Shown: in pieces, positions 37,275 through 49,858 of the stretch
How positions within the stretch are numbered: position 1 is the stretch's first letter
Layout of the letters: every line of letters begins with the position of its first letter
Source of the DNA: Octopus sinensis
Lineage: Eukaryota
Direction of reading: 5' to 3'
NCBI RefSeq assembly: GCF_006345805.1
Contig: NC_042999.1
Coordinates: 171,430,001-171,494,000, forward strand
DNA length: 64,000 bases
Made by a program: the position numbers and the translations under genes
The notes under the pieces: generated by a model
What the model saw: the letters and a program-made list of their open reading frames with translations, nothing else
What the model was told of the DNA's origin: nothing
Database searches by the model: none

Positions 37275-38603
37275 TTAAGCAATCAAAGATTGTATAAATT
37301 TTTGATGAAATTGTCTTATTTTCTCCAGTTGCTCATGGAGTGTTATTTGATCGAGTGGAAATGTATATTTAAAATGCATACTGTCAGGATTTTCACCAAA
37401 GACTTTACCAGGAACAACATAAATACCTGTAGTTGCGTATAGTTCACAGCAGTAATTTTCCTCGAGATCCAAAGCCTCATTTTCATCAGTAATCCACCGA
37501 CTTGGAAACAGTAATTTAGGAAAAGCACAATGGCCAGCAAATACCTGGCTGCAACTCATATAAGGCTGTAAGTTAAAAAAGTCAACGGTAATTTCAGCTA
37601 AATTTCCGAGTAGTTCTATGAAGTTGTGTCTTTCATTTTCGAATTTTGTAAATGAAGGGTATTTTCTTACATATTTTGGTGCTAGAAAAAGACTTAAATA
37701 GATTTGATGGACAGTAGCCGCGGAAGTAAAGGTAAGGGTGCCGAATTTTGTGGTCAACTTATCCATTCGTAAGCTATCAATGTAACTTATCTGCATACTT
37801 TTGTCACCCTGTGGACTTCGAGCTAATGAAAACAAACACATTAATTGCACAGATTTGTAAATTTCATCCTTTTGTATGAGTGCTTTCCTGGATGATAAAA
37901 ATTTGTTTTTTCTATAAACATCCATTTGTAAATTTTCTATTGCTATAAGCACAATGCCATGATTTTTGGCCACACGGAAAAATATCTCCAGTTCTTTTTC
38001 CGAATATAGGTGACCTGTTGGATATCCCGGATTCTCCAAAAATATACAATTTATCTTGCAATGAGATCCTTCTAGAGCTTTCACAAGTGCTTCTTCTTCA
38101 ATTGTCCATTGATCAGCAGCTTCTGTCAGATAATAGGGGACAGGCAAAAACCCACATATTTCGACTGCTTCCTGAATAATAGGCGATGAGGGATAAGGAA
38201 TTAGAATACCATAACCACTATTCATATGAGCACCTATGAAAAATTTTAAGATACTATTCAATAATGACCATTCATTATTTTCAATGAGAACCTCTTCGTC
38301 TTGTTCCAGATTTAAGGTACCATCTCGTTCTAAAATGTAATTTGTGACATCCTTTCTTGTGAACGGCAGACCGATAGTCTTCGAATAAGTGCCAACACCA
38401 TTTCCTGAAAAATTGCTTAAGTAATGATTTGCCAGTTGTTTTGCATCATCAGAAAACTTAAAAGATTCCGAAAGATCTGAATATATGCAGAGTACGATGA
38501 TCTCGTTTAAATAACTGTATTGAATGTAATCCTCCGTTTGCAGAATAGTATCAAATTTCACTCTCTTTTCAAAGCATCTCTCTTTCTGAGCAACGGAATC
38601 CAT
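37275..38603 (-). CDS. Alanine aminotransferase (GPT/ALT)-derived protein, copy 1; single exon, 442 aa, predicted catalytically dead
   Basis: Colinear with the ALT family end to end: LCIYSDL, GVGTYS..G..RKDV..YILERDG, GILIPYP, YYLTE..W, NPGYPTG, F.S.RKAL, EENYCCELYATTGIYVVPGKVFG, HFKYTFP, FHQKF. The ORF-track start at 38633 is TTG; the first ATG (MDSV) is at 38603. The PLP-lysine position is Arg (codon CGA, 37818-37820). Confidence 0.9.
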   Translation of the reverse strand: MDSVAQKERCFEKRVKFDTILQTEDYIQYSYLNEIIVLCIYSDLSESFKFSDDAKQLANHYLSNFSGNGVGTYSKTIGLPFTRKDVTNYILERDGTLNLEQDEEVLIENNEWSLLNSILKFFIGAHMNSGYGILIPYPSSPIIQEAVEICGFLPVPYYLTEAADQWTIEEEALVKALEGSHCKINCIFLENPGYPTGHLYSEKELEIFFRVAKNHGIVLIAIENLQMDVYRKNKFLSSRKALIQKDEIYKSVQLMCLFSLARSPQGDKSMQISYIDSLRMDKLTTKFGTLTFTSAATVHQIYLSLFLAPKYVRKYPSFTKFENERHNFIELLGNLAEITVDFFNLQPYMSCSQVFAGHCAFPKLLFPSRWITDENEALDLEENYCCELYATTGIYVVPGKVFGENPDSMHFKYTFPLDQITLHEQLEKIRQFHQKFIQSLIA

Positions 38604-39164
38604 AATGTAAAGCAGTTTAATGATACACTCCAAATTTAGGTAGTTAAAATAGCTCCAATAGGTATATTAATTTGTTTGTTATTAGTGTAAAATATTCTCT
38701 TAATTTCAGCCGTCTTAATTTCAGTCTTATCTTTTACTAGATGCCCTACTGAAATATCTCTGACATCGTTCCTCTATAGGCATGTTATATTCATGCTTTA
38801 CTAGTTTATTTCAAGATAAATGCATGTTTACACAGGTTAACAAAGTTCAATGTATTCTCGAGCAGCTGTGTGGTTACTTATCAATAAATGATAACGAAAA
38901 AACAATTGCCAAATACAAATCATAAATAGATAAGTAGATAAAGAGAAAACAATATTCGAACTAGGCAGAAATATGTACACCTCTTACATTGTCATTAAAA
39001 TTCGTCACGTAAGCGATGTTTACAAACCTGAGAGGTCAAAAACCGCAAAGTATTGAAATAAATCAGCAGTATGCTTATCACATGACACTTAAAGTATTCG
39101 CTCTGGATATAATTTATGAACTTAAACTGTTTCTCATCATAGCCTAAAACTATATATATATATA

Positions 39165-39350
<186 letters not shown>

Positions 39351-40040
39351 ATTATCAGCAGAAAGGAGATATTTTACATATCTATAATTATATTAATCAG
39401 TTATTTACACCATTCCTCCGTGGGCCTACGCGAATTTGAACTGCTTCGACTGCACACTCTTATGTATTCATCCTCCTGATTCCATTTTGGATACACTTTC
39501 ATCAGGGTCTATTATCTACTGCCATTTGAAGTGAAACTGAGGAATCAGAAAGCTGAGTGAATAAAGTGTTTATCAGGAAGTATTGGTGTTACTAAACATA
39601 CTTGCAGTATCAACAATTCAAGTTTCACATCTGCGAAGTGTGTTAGGTGAATCAATGTAGCGTTAAAATTAGATAGAGTTCGATTAAATGTTTTCATCGA
39701 TTCATTAGTGCTATCAAAATGTATAAACTTTTGCTAATTTCAAGGAGACTATTCTTATTTTTGCATTCAGAGGTATTTAATTAATTTTGATTTATTATTT
39801 GTTTGATTTCACAGCAGTTAGTCTAGTAATTTTGGATATCTAGCTATATTAACTGAAACCCGAATGAGACACTCGGATTTGCTAAGCGAGAATAATTACC
39901 AAAGTCTAACAACGTATTGTTTACACGGGGATCACGAAAGGTTCGCTGTGGTCAGCCGGCATATAAAATCGATTTCAGAGGAAACACAGTAACCGCTGGG
40001 ATTATATATCCCTTTGACTTTATATATTTCAAAGATGGAT

Positions 40041-40329
40041 GTGGAAATAGCACACAAGTAAATCTAAGACATTTCAATTTAGAAAGAATTTAATAAAATG
40101 ATTTAAAAATTATATAATGTAAATATATAATATTACCGGTTTCGATGAAGAATTTTAATCTTATCAAATAGTGCAAATTTACAAAATTTTGAAGTAAGAA
40201 CACTTTATCTTCTGTTTGGGGGTCAAAAGACGTTTTTGACCCCCAAACAGAAGATACACTGTTTTTACTTCAAAAACCAGTAATATTATATATTTACTTT
40301 ATATAATTTTACATTTGTGCTATTTCCAC
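40041..40329. repeat. Foldback (palindromic) element
   Basis: Perfect 22-bp inverted repeat at 40207-40228 / 40234-40255 with a 5-nt loop. Imperfect outer arms end in GTGGAAATAGCACA / TGTGCTATTTCCAC. Confidence 0.85.
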
Positions 40330-40599
40330 CCTCATAGTTTATATATAAATATTTGATTTGTATAGATCTCTAATACTTTTTCAACCTATATATATATATA
40401 TATATAATAGACATTACACATAATTCCTTTATTTGAGTAAATTTGGCTAACAACTGCTTTCAGTAGTGATTACAAGTACATTACTGGTTGGTTTACTGAA
40501 TTGATCTATTGATCAACTGAAGTAAATTGAACGACCTAAGAAAATTAATGCTACTTACGTCATAGCCATTTCTGGAAGTAACAAGCAGAGCAAATGAGA

Positions 40600-40900
40600 G
40601 ATAGCTATTGTGTGGGGAAGTTTGGGTAAAATGAGGATGTTCAAATAGAATAGGGAACAGAGGAAGACAGGTTACAAAGAGGTGTAAACAAGTAAGGAAT
40701 TGCTACATGTGTCAATTAGTAGAGGTAGCGGCATTGTACCGCCAAATTTGGAAGAGGGGCTGTCTAAAACATGGATCAGTACCCATTAGCATATTATCAG
40801 TTAATATAGATTATGTCATGGACTGGGATTAGTCTAAGGCAGTCATATTCAATGTTTTAATGTAGCATTGTGATGGAATAATGTTAGAAAGTGAAAAACA
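40600..40900 (-). mobile_element. Possible Penelope-like RT remnant
   Basis: Minus strand LMGT....IWRY, resembling AMGT..WxRYIDD; very degenerate. Confidence 0.3.
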
Positions 40901-42589
40901 GTATTTGTAGCCATATTGTAGAGGTCATGAAAGCACTTATCAGGATAGAAATAAACATACATCTAGAGATGTTGTTACAAATTGTGTGATGTCAAGGTAA
41001 AGATATTGGAACTTAGATGTAAATGCAGGTTGATCTGATTAATCAGATTTTAAAATTTAAACTGATAAAAATGTGAGTGTGTAAATTTTATCTAAAGTTA
41101 ATGTTTCTAAAATTAGTATTATGGTAAACTAAGATATAAAATATTAGATTGAACTAGCAGACTAATGTTTTATATCAAAACAATTATGATGAAGGTGACA
41201 GTATGAACATCAACAACAACAATATCAATAATATTAATAGCATAACAATAACATAATCTTCCAAATTAATAACAGAAATAGCAATATCAATAACCATGGG
41301 CTAATAATAAAATAGCGATAAGAGGGAAATGGTCCCAATGCTAGAGTGAAAGTAAAAAACTGAAGTTCAAATAAAATATTTAAAGAATAAAATGGGATAA
41401 ATAAAATAAAATGAAATATTTAAAAACCATTAAAATTTATATCAAACTTTAGAATAATTTTAAAAACATAACAAAATATATATTTAGAAAAAGGAGGCAG
41501 TCAGAATTTTGGATACTTCTTTATTAGCGCTTTCGTTCTTTGACCGAACTGGTCAAGACAAAATCAAAACGATAAGAATAGTGCGTTTACTTGTTAATTT
41601 ACATGGATCAGATGATTTTTGCTTTGTTTCGAAGAGGAGAAAAATACTTTTGTTGTTTTGGAAAAATGGGAAAGAGAGAAAGAAAAGCAAAAGTGGGGAA
41701 ACATACAAAGGGAGTGGTTTCAGTTCAATTACATAAAAAAAAGATGAAAGAAAAATGGGGGAGCAGGGTAATCAAGGAATAGGAAGAAAAGTAAAAGGTG
41801 GGGAAAGGATAGATAGATAGAGAGAGAGGTTTCTCTTCAAGTTGATGTGGTGAACCCGTTGAAATTTCACTACAAAGCACTTTTCCCTTCTTTTTTTCTC
41901 TTCATTCTCTTTCCCTTCTCAGTGTATTCCTATCAAAATATTTGTAAATAAACACATGTTTCTCAAAGGATAGATAACTTTCACGATGTCAATTCTAGTA
42001 AGTAGGACGGAAAAGATAGGAAAAGAGAGGAAGAAGGAAAAAAATTGGCGTTTTTTTTAGTGGGTGCGGTCATCACTGTGAAGTTTGAAAATAAAAAGAG
42101 TTGAAAGTCCTATGAAGATTTAGATTTCTTTACGGTTGTATAGTCAAATCCTATATTTCATGTTTTCACGAACAACCATTAAATATTAGTTCAACATTCA
42201 TGAATTAGGAAAATAAAGTCAAAAGTATAAAAAAATATTTTGAGTTTGGTACTGTTTATAATGCAATCTATGTACATATAATCAAATGTAATAAATGAAC
42301 TGCGTAATAACATGTATACTGTATATTTACCTGCAATCCACACAGTAGGATATAAATTATATAACAAAGCTGGCTTACTTAAATATATTTGTGAGCAACT
42401 TTCATAATTTTGTAGGATTCAGTTCTCTTTTTCCTGGTTGCTTGGATACGATAATTGAAAAGAGATATTGTTCACGAATTACTTTGCCAGGTAGCAATAT
42501 TTGATATCATTCCTAATCAGTGGTAAAATAGTTCTATAAACAAGAGTTGTGAAGATCCCAATGTTATATATATGTATATATATATATAT

Positions 42590-42974
42590 GATGGGGCCCA
42601 GTTAGAATTTTCTTCTGCTCGAGTAGCCCATCCCGCTCAAAAGGTCCCTGATTAAGGATTTTTAAGGATGTTGAACGAACAACCTATGTTTCCAAAGGTG
42701 AATTATCCAAACCTCCAGGAATTCCTTTCAACACACGGCTACGATACTCCCCCACTACTTCTGCTCATGATCAGAGATGCATATATTATCAGCCACTAAG
42801 GGACATGATCAACTGGTTATGGTCAAACAACTGACAAGCAAATCTGTGGTATTGAGCAGAATATCTGCTATAGCCCATCTTTTATTCCAAGACGAAACAA
42901 TGTACATGATAACACTTCCACTCAGTTAAGATCAGAAGCCATGGGAGCCACTGTCTGGTATTGCATCAGGGCAT

Positions 42975-42975
<1 letters not shown>
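42590..42975. repeat. Interspersed repeat A, partial copy
   Basis: Aligns with 31399-32040 and 47860-48330. Confidence 0.8.
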
Positions 42976-43200
<225 letters not shown>

Positions 43201-43202
43201 AT

Positions 43203-43345
43203 TGCCTTTGCACAGCTTCTAACGCTGAGATGTACTATGGTGTCAACTGTTCACTACCAGTGAACTAAGGTAACACCCCTTAGTTTTTCGATCACCATCC
43301 CGAGTATTCGAGCGTTCCAGGCAGTGCTGTTTTCTGCATGTGCTC
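43203..43345 (-). mobile_element. 3' end of an R4/Dong-like LINE abutting (TAA)n
   Basis: Minus strand HMQKTALPGT.RILG..IEK, matching the RLE-LINE terminal LQK.ALLGTARILRKVL motif, then the 3' UTR. Confidence 0.7.
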
Positions 43346-43369
43346 TACCCTTATTGCATCGTTAAATGT

Positions 43370-43860
43370 GAATGTTAATATATATAAGTCAGTGGTCTTG
43401 ACCACATTCCTTTATGATGCTGAATTTTGGAATCTGTACCGAAAGCACATCAACCACACTGACGCTTTTCATATGCAATACTGGCGTACTATCTCCAATA
43501 TAATACCGAGTGACCATATTCATAACAGTGACGTACTGAGAACTTATCAGGTATTGAAGCAATCCTCATCAAAATACAGCTTAGTTGGTCAGTTCAACTC
43601 TCACTTATGAATGATATCAGAATTCCGAAGCAACTTCTCTGGCTAATTCCCAAAATTAAGGCCAGGTGGAAGGCCACTCCGACGCTTCAAAGACATACAA
43701 AAAGACAATCTAAAACAATGCAACATTCCATTTTCTTCTTGGGAAAATAAGGCTTCAGAACGCAGGACCTGACGCCAGGCCTGCTTCTCATCAGATCAAA
43801 GACTTGAGCAAAGTCGACTCCAGCATCACGACAAACTTCGTGTAATGATGAAAGCACTGT
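43370..43860 (+). mobile_element. Decayed RTE LINE 3' fragment
   Basis: IYKSVVLTTFLYDAEFW.LYRKH...FHMQ, RIPKQLL, GGRPLRRFKD..KDNLKQCNI..WENKA. Confidence 0.75.
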
Positions 43861-43899
43861 CAAAACACTTTTTTCTCGTTCACGACAAGATACTCCTTC

Positions 43900-43962
<63 letters not shown>

Positions 43963-43965
<3 letters not shown>

Positions 43966-44200
43966 TTCACAATTAAAACCAGCTTTAATTGTGCTTCCGA
44001 GAATCTAATTTATGTTATAACTTGCTCTGATTGTGGATATAGCTATATAAGACAGTCAAGTATGGCATTTAGACAGAGAACCATACTACATGAAGAACAA
44101 ATCCGTTTACCACAGTGCAGACAGAGTCCTTTGCGTGTACACATAGATAGATGTACAAGTAACATCCTAGTAAACTTCAGAGTTTTCCCCATCTACCAGT
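43963..44200 (+). mobile_element. Penelope-like GIY-YIG endonuclease fragment
   Basis: FNCASENLIYVITCSDCGYSYI.Q....RQR..H matches the PLE C.S.NLIY.I.C..C...YIG.T..RL..R..EH motif. Confidence 0.75.
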
Positions 44201-44203
44201 ACA

Positions 44204-44246
<43 letters not shown>

Positions 44247-44464
44247 TATATATATTAGCGGGCCTCTTAGCCTAGGCCTGGTCTGTACGGTGCTCTTATG
44301 TATTCATAAGGCACATATTAGTATGTATCATAATGCCCACTTTCCCTACAATAAAATTTGTTGAATGGTATTGTAATATTATATAACATAATTTTGAACA
44401 TTTGTTTATGATATATCACCAAATTTCACTTCACCAATCGAAAATAAGTTTATTGTAATCGTAA

Positions 44465-44930
44465 TAATAGGTTGCCATGAAGGTTCTTGCGGTTTTTAAA
44501 CTTTAAATTCAGATGCACATGTCTCGGCTTAAACAAAACTTTATCAATCGAAATAAACACCGTCAGAACCAACACACGTTTGCCAACGCGAAACTAGTTT
44601 ATTTATGCTAGTAGCGTAAAAATACTGCGTACTGGTGGCGATGAAGTCGTTGAAGGCGTGTTTGGCATCTTGGATTTTGAAGCATTCCTCACGAAAGATG
44701 TTGGCGAGATGCTTGAAAAGAGATAGTCGGTAGGCGAGATGTCTGGTGAGTATGGCGGTTGAGGCAGAGTTTCATAATCCAATTCGTTCAACTTCTGCAG
44801 GGTCAGTTGTGCGACTTCCGACCGAGCGTTGTCGTGAAGAAAAATTGGTCCATTTCTATTGACCAATGCTGGCTGTTGTTGGCGGAGTAGCTTATGCATT
44901 TCATCTATCTGCTGACAGTAAAACCCGAAT
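44465..44930 (-). mobile_element. Mariner transposon 3' fragment with one degenerate TIR
   Basis: YCQQIDEM...RQQQPALVNRNGPIFLHDNAR...LQKLNELDYETLPQPPYSPDISPTDY. TIR-like TAGGTTG...TTGCGGTTTTT at ~44468-44493. Confidence 0.85.
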
Positions 44931-45787
44931 GGCACGAAAACCCTGATATATTTTCAATACATATATATATATATATATGTATGCATATATAAATATACGC
45001 GTGTGTTATATTTACACCTTAGAATGCATATGTAAGAATGTCAGTATTCCTGCATGTATGTATATATAAATGTTTATTCAAAGCATATGTACGCGACTGT
45101 GCCCCATATAATTTGTTTTGCAACTTGCAGAAAAATGTATCTTTTTAACGAAATTTGATACTAATATGTTTCGCATGGCACATATTCCCATCATATCGGA
45201 ATTTGATATGGAAAACATTCACCTCTAGTCACGAGAGCAGTTTCGAAAAATTGAAGCAATTTCGGCTTTGATGGGGGCGGAAAAAGGTTTTCACAACAAA
45301 TTCCTATATAGTTGCAATCTACACCATCATAAACATATTTTTGAAAATTTTATTTAGATATTTCCATTTTCGGTAAAGTTATGAAGAAAGAAATTCGGTG
45401 GGGCGCTCTTGTGTAGGTATGTCGTATCTGTATAAAACATACGATGAAAATATCGATTATATTTGGTGTTTTCAGCGTCACATCACAAACAAACTTTGTG
45501 TTTTTAAGGATATAGATAGATATGGACATTACAGCGAAATAGACAGTACACAAATTGCTAGCAATAGGAGTCAAGCAGCACTAACTCCCCCAACCACTCA
45601 TGAAATTCGTTCTCGGAAAATAAGTGCACGTGGACCAAATTAATTTAAACGAAACGAAAATCCTGAAATATTATCAATTATATTCAGGTTCTTCAGTGGT
45701 CAATCATCAAACAAGCAAGCAAACAAACAATCTTTGCTTTTTATAAGGGGACACACACACAAACACACATATGTACATATATATATA

Positions 45788-46200
45788 TACTCTCTTTTAC
45801 TCTTTTACTTGTTTCAGTCATTTGGCTGCGGCCATTCTGGTGCACCGCCTTTAGTCGAGCAAATCGACCCCAGAACTTATTATTTGTAAGCCCAGTACTT
45901 ATTCTATGGGTCTTTTGCCGAACCGCTAAGTGACGGGGACGTAAACACATCAGCATCGGTTGTCAAGTAATGCTAGGGGGACAAACACAGACACACAAAC
46001 ATATACACACACACTTATATACATATACATATATACGACAGGCTTCTTTCAGTTTCCGTCTACCAAATCCACTCACAAGGCATTGGTCGGCCCGAGGCTA
46101 TAGCAGAAGACACTTGCCCTAGATGCCACGCAGTGGGACTGAACCCGGATCCATGTGGTTGGTTAACAAGCTACTTACCACACAGCCACTCCTGTGCCTA
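45788..46200 (-). mobile_element. SINE family 1, full copy
   Basis: High similarity to 3862-4225 and 18041-18422. Confidence 0.9.
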
Positions 46201-46245
46201 TATATATACATAGACACACATATATATATACATATGTATATATAT

Positions 46246-46327
<82 letters not shown>

Positions 46328-46350
46328 TATATATATACATATGGTGGTGG

Positions 46351-46560
46351 AGTAGCCACGTGTTCCAGTGGTTAGAACGGATTCGCAGTCGAAGGATCGT
46401 GGATTTTAATTTTAGATTGGATGATGTATGTGTTTATGAGCGAAACAACTAAGCTCCTCGCGGCTCCGGCAGAAGGTATATGTGGGGATCCTATACGCCA
46501 ATGAAACCGGGAAACAGGACCTCATGAGCCAGGTATGGCTCGTGAAGGAGCCAAGGCAAC
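46351..46560 (+). mobile_element. SINE family 2, internally deleted copy
   Basis: Shares tgtgtttatgagcgaa, ctaagctcc, cagaaggta and cctatacgccaa with the reverse complement of 2749-3032. Confidence 0.75.
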
Positions 46561-46605
46561 AAAATATACAGATATATGCATATATATATATATTATATAT
46601 ATATA

Positions 46606-46644
<39 letters not shown>

Positions 46645-46978
46645 AGAACTATGTTACAAAATGAAAATAGAAGCTATACGTAGAAATGTAAGGGGAAAAT
46701 AACAAGAAGAAAATAAGCAAAATTGTACATAGGAAATCAAAAATGAAAAGCCTTTTTTATGAAAAGTAACGATACATATATAGAATGAGATGAACTGAGG
46801 TAGGAATAACAGTAATAAAAGTCATTATTGTGAATTGTTAGAGAGGTTCATAAGCATACCGGTTTCGTAAAATTACTGATCACTGCTTTGAATGCGGTGT
46901 TTGTATATGTGTCATTGTGTTGTCTTTGACGGTATCTATGTGTATGTATGTATGTATATGTGCGCATGAATACATGTA

Positions 46979-47024
<46 letters not shown>

Positions 47025-47109
47025 TAGATATATATGTGTGTGTGTACATGTATGTATCTTAAATGTATAGATTTGTATGCATTTTTATGTATATATATAT
47101 ATATTATAT

Positions 47110-47165
<56 letters not shown>

Positions 47166-47514
47166 CGTGTGTGTGTATACTGGTTTCAGACTTTTTACTG
47201 TTTCTGTGTTCATGCAATTTTATACTATGGTTCTTCTCACCCTTTTATTTTTGCTGCTCTTACCCTTCCTATTCTCACGTTTTCTGTCTATAATATAGCC
47301 AGCAACTTCCAACCTTAGTACTACTCATCCAAATCTCTCATTCGATACTTCATTTAGTTTCAACTACATAGATTTATATCGTTAAGTCACCTCGTATCCT
47401 ATTTCACTATATTCTCTCTCATTTTGCGCCCATGTGTGTATTCTTCCCGTATTCTATAACTCAACTTTTTCTTTGTTTGTTTGTTTGTTTGTTTCTTTCT
47501 TTTATTCTTTCTTT

Positions 47515-47712
47515 AGCTTCCTCCTAGGCTTGGCAAAATACTTGGTGGGATTTCGTACGTCTTTGCGTCCTGAGTTCAAATTCTGCCGAAGTCGACTATG
47601 CTTTTCATACATTCAGGATCAATAAAATAAATACCAGTTGAACAGGGGGGTCGATCTAATCGACTCATATCCTTCTCAAAAACTGCTACCCTTGTGGAAA
47701 ATTTGAAACCAT
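47515..47712 (+). mobile_element. tRNA-derived SINE, family 3
   Basis: B-box-like GAGTTCAAATTC, then gtcgact.tgcttttcat..ataaaataa.taccagttga. A related copy lies on the minus strand at 59235-59380. Confidence 0.6.
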
Positions 47713-47714
47713 TT

Positions 47715-47717
47715 TTG

Positions 47718-47789
<72 letters not shown>

Positions 47790-47793
47790 ATTA

Positions 47794-47829
<36 letters not shown>

Positions 47830-47860
47830 CATTATAATAATAATAATAATTATTATTATT
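47715..47860. repeat. (TTA)n/(TAA)n microsatellite
   Basis: Directly visible. Confidence 0.95.
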
Positions 47861-48330
47861 GAGTGAGAGAGCAGTGCATGCCATGAAAGTGACAGCGGGG
47901 TAAAATATACAAATCCAAGTATACACATCATGACTACCCGTCTGATAAGGGTACACCAGGCACATGCATCACAACCATATCTGCGCGACATGGTGATCTC
48001 ATACCAAGATAAACAGCACATGATCTTGCAGGTGGGGCCCAATTAGAATTTTCTTCTGGTCGAGTAACCCATCCCGCTCAAAAATGTCTCTGAAGTATTG
48101 TTTAAGGATGTTGAACGAACCACCCATGTTTCCAAAGGTGAATTATCCAAACTTCCAAGAATTCCTTTCAACACATGGCTATGATGCTCCCCCACTACTT
48201 CTGCTCATGATCAGAGATGCACATATCGTCAGCCACTAAGGGATATGGTCAACTTGTTAAGGTCAAACAACTGACAAGCAATTCTGTGGTATTGAGCAGA
48301 ATATTTGCTTTAGCCCATCTTTTATACCAT
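47860..48330. repeat. Interspersed repeat A copy
   Basis: Aligns with 31399-32040. Confidence 0.8.
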
Positions 48331-48343
48331 AGCAAATCTGTGC

Positions 48344-48385
<42 letters not shown>

Positions 48386-48386
<1 letters not shown>

Positions 48387-48545
48387 GCCCCTGCCTTTTC
48401 ACAGTATCAAACGCTGGAGATCTACTGCAGTGTCAGATTTTCACTACCTGTGAACTAAGGTAACACCTTATTTTTCGAGCACCTTCCGGAGTATTCTGGC
48501 GGTTTCAAGCAGTGGTTTTCTGCAAGTGCACCACCCTTACTGCAG
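48386..48545 (-). mobile_element. 3' end of an R4/Dong-like LINE abutting (TAA)n
   Basis: Minus strand HLQKTTA..TARILRKVLEK*, followed by the same 3' UTR as 43203-43345. Confidence 0.75.
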
Positions 48546-49140
48546 CCCCTATTTGTATATGTGTGTGTAGTATATATACGCATGTGTGTGCGTGCCTGTA
48601 TGTATGTATATACATACTTATAAATACATACATACATATATATATGTAATATATATTATATAATATAATATATATATATATATAATATATATATACTATA
48701 TATATATATATATATATATGACATATATATATATATGCTATATATATTACTATATATATAATATATTATATGTATATATGTATGTATATAATATATCATA
48801 CATATGTATATTTATACACAATAAATTGCAAGGCGGAGTGTGATATATCAGAGAAAAATCCAGTGGTAGCTAAATGAGACTGTGTGTTGAGACACCTACA
48901 TTGCAAGAAATAAGAGTTAACATACTCTTAATTCTGTAGGAAGCGCTCCAACATACATACTGACAGGGGAGGCAACAACCCAATGCCCGATCGAAATTAC
49001 TGAGTCTAGACACAAGCACATATACCAATCTATGCATCTATGCATTCCTCTCTCTCTCTCACTTTCTCTATCTATTTATACATACATAGATATACATTTA
49101 TATGTATGTATGTATGTATATATATATATATATATATATA

Positions 49141-49858
49141 TCAAACGTGAGGATAAAATTATTTTCGAAAAAAAAGATATATTTTCTCGAAAAAATTTTA
49201 TCAATGGCCAGCATATTAAAAAATACCTTTAACGGTTAAATTTATAAACAATTCATAAATGAGGGCAAAGAAAAAAAATTCTAATGCCAAATATGCCGAA
49301 AAATTGGACATAATGTCCATTAACCATATAATTCTTTCAAAGTACGCACGCTACTCGCGAAAAGGTCGACAGAAGTTTCTAAAAAATTCCATTATTACCA
49401 TATCGGACCGATTTCAGAGTTAGCTACCAAGAGCCCTCTCTTCGTCAGTGATACATGTGGCAGAAGAAATAAATGAGACACTTACTCATACCCATAGACG
49501 AAGCAAATACTAAGTCATGGGCACGACTAAGTACTGCAAATACATCCAAAATAGAAATACTCCAGCCCATTCGAGGCACGTGCGATTTGAACTGAGGCCC
49601 TCACAGAGTGAGTTAGTTCGGAAGTGAACGCTTAAATTTATATCAAATGTGAGGATAAAATTCTTTTCGAAAAAGAAGAAATATATTTTCTCGAAAAAAA
49701 TTTTATCAATGGCCAGCATATTAAAAAATACCTTTAACGGTTAAATTTGTAAACAATTCATAAATGAGGGCAAAGGAAAAAAATTCTAATACCAAAAATG
49801 CCGAAAAATTGGACATAATGTCCATTAACCATATAATTTTTTCACAGTACGCACGCTA
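49141..49858. repeat. ~215-bp direct repeat pair (49141-49353 and 49643-49858), period ~502 bp
   Basis: Long identical blocks, e.g. ttttatcaatggccagcatattaaaaaatacctttaacggttaaattt and gccgaaaaattggacataatgtccattaaccatataatt. Confidence 0.9.

Noticed and set aside
37818-37940. Rescue of the ALT active site by A-to-I RNA editing, which is extensive in coleoid cephalopods
   Set aside because: Editing only reads A as G. CGA (Arg) cannot become a Lys codon, and ATA (Ile, 37938-37940) can give only Val or Met, not Asp.
38604-38633. ORF-track N-terminal extensions of the ALT-like genes (also 51765-51827)
   Set aside because: Both start at TTG, differ in length and are not conserved between copies. 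The shared ATG gives identical 442-aa lengths.
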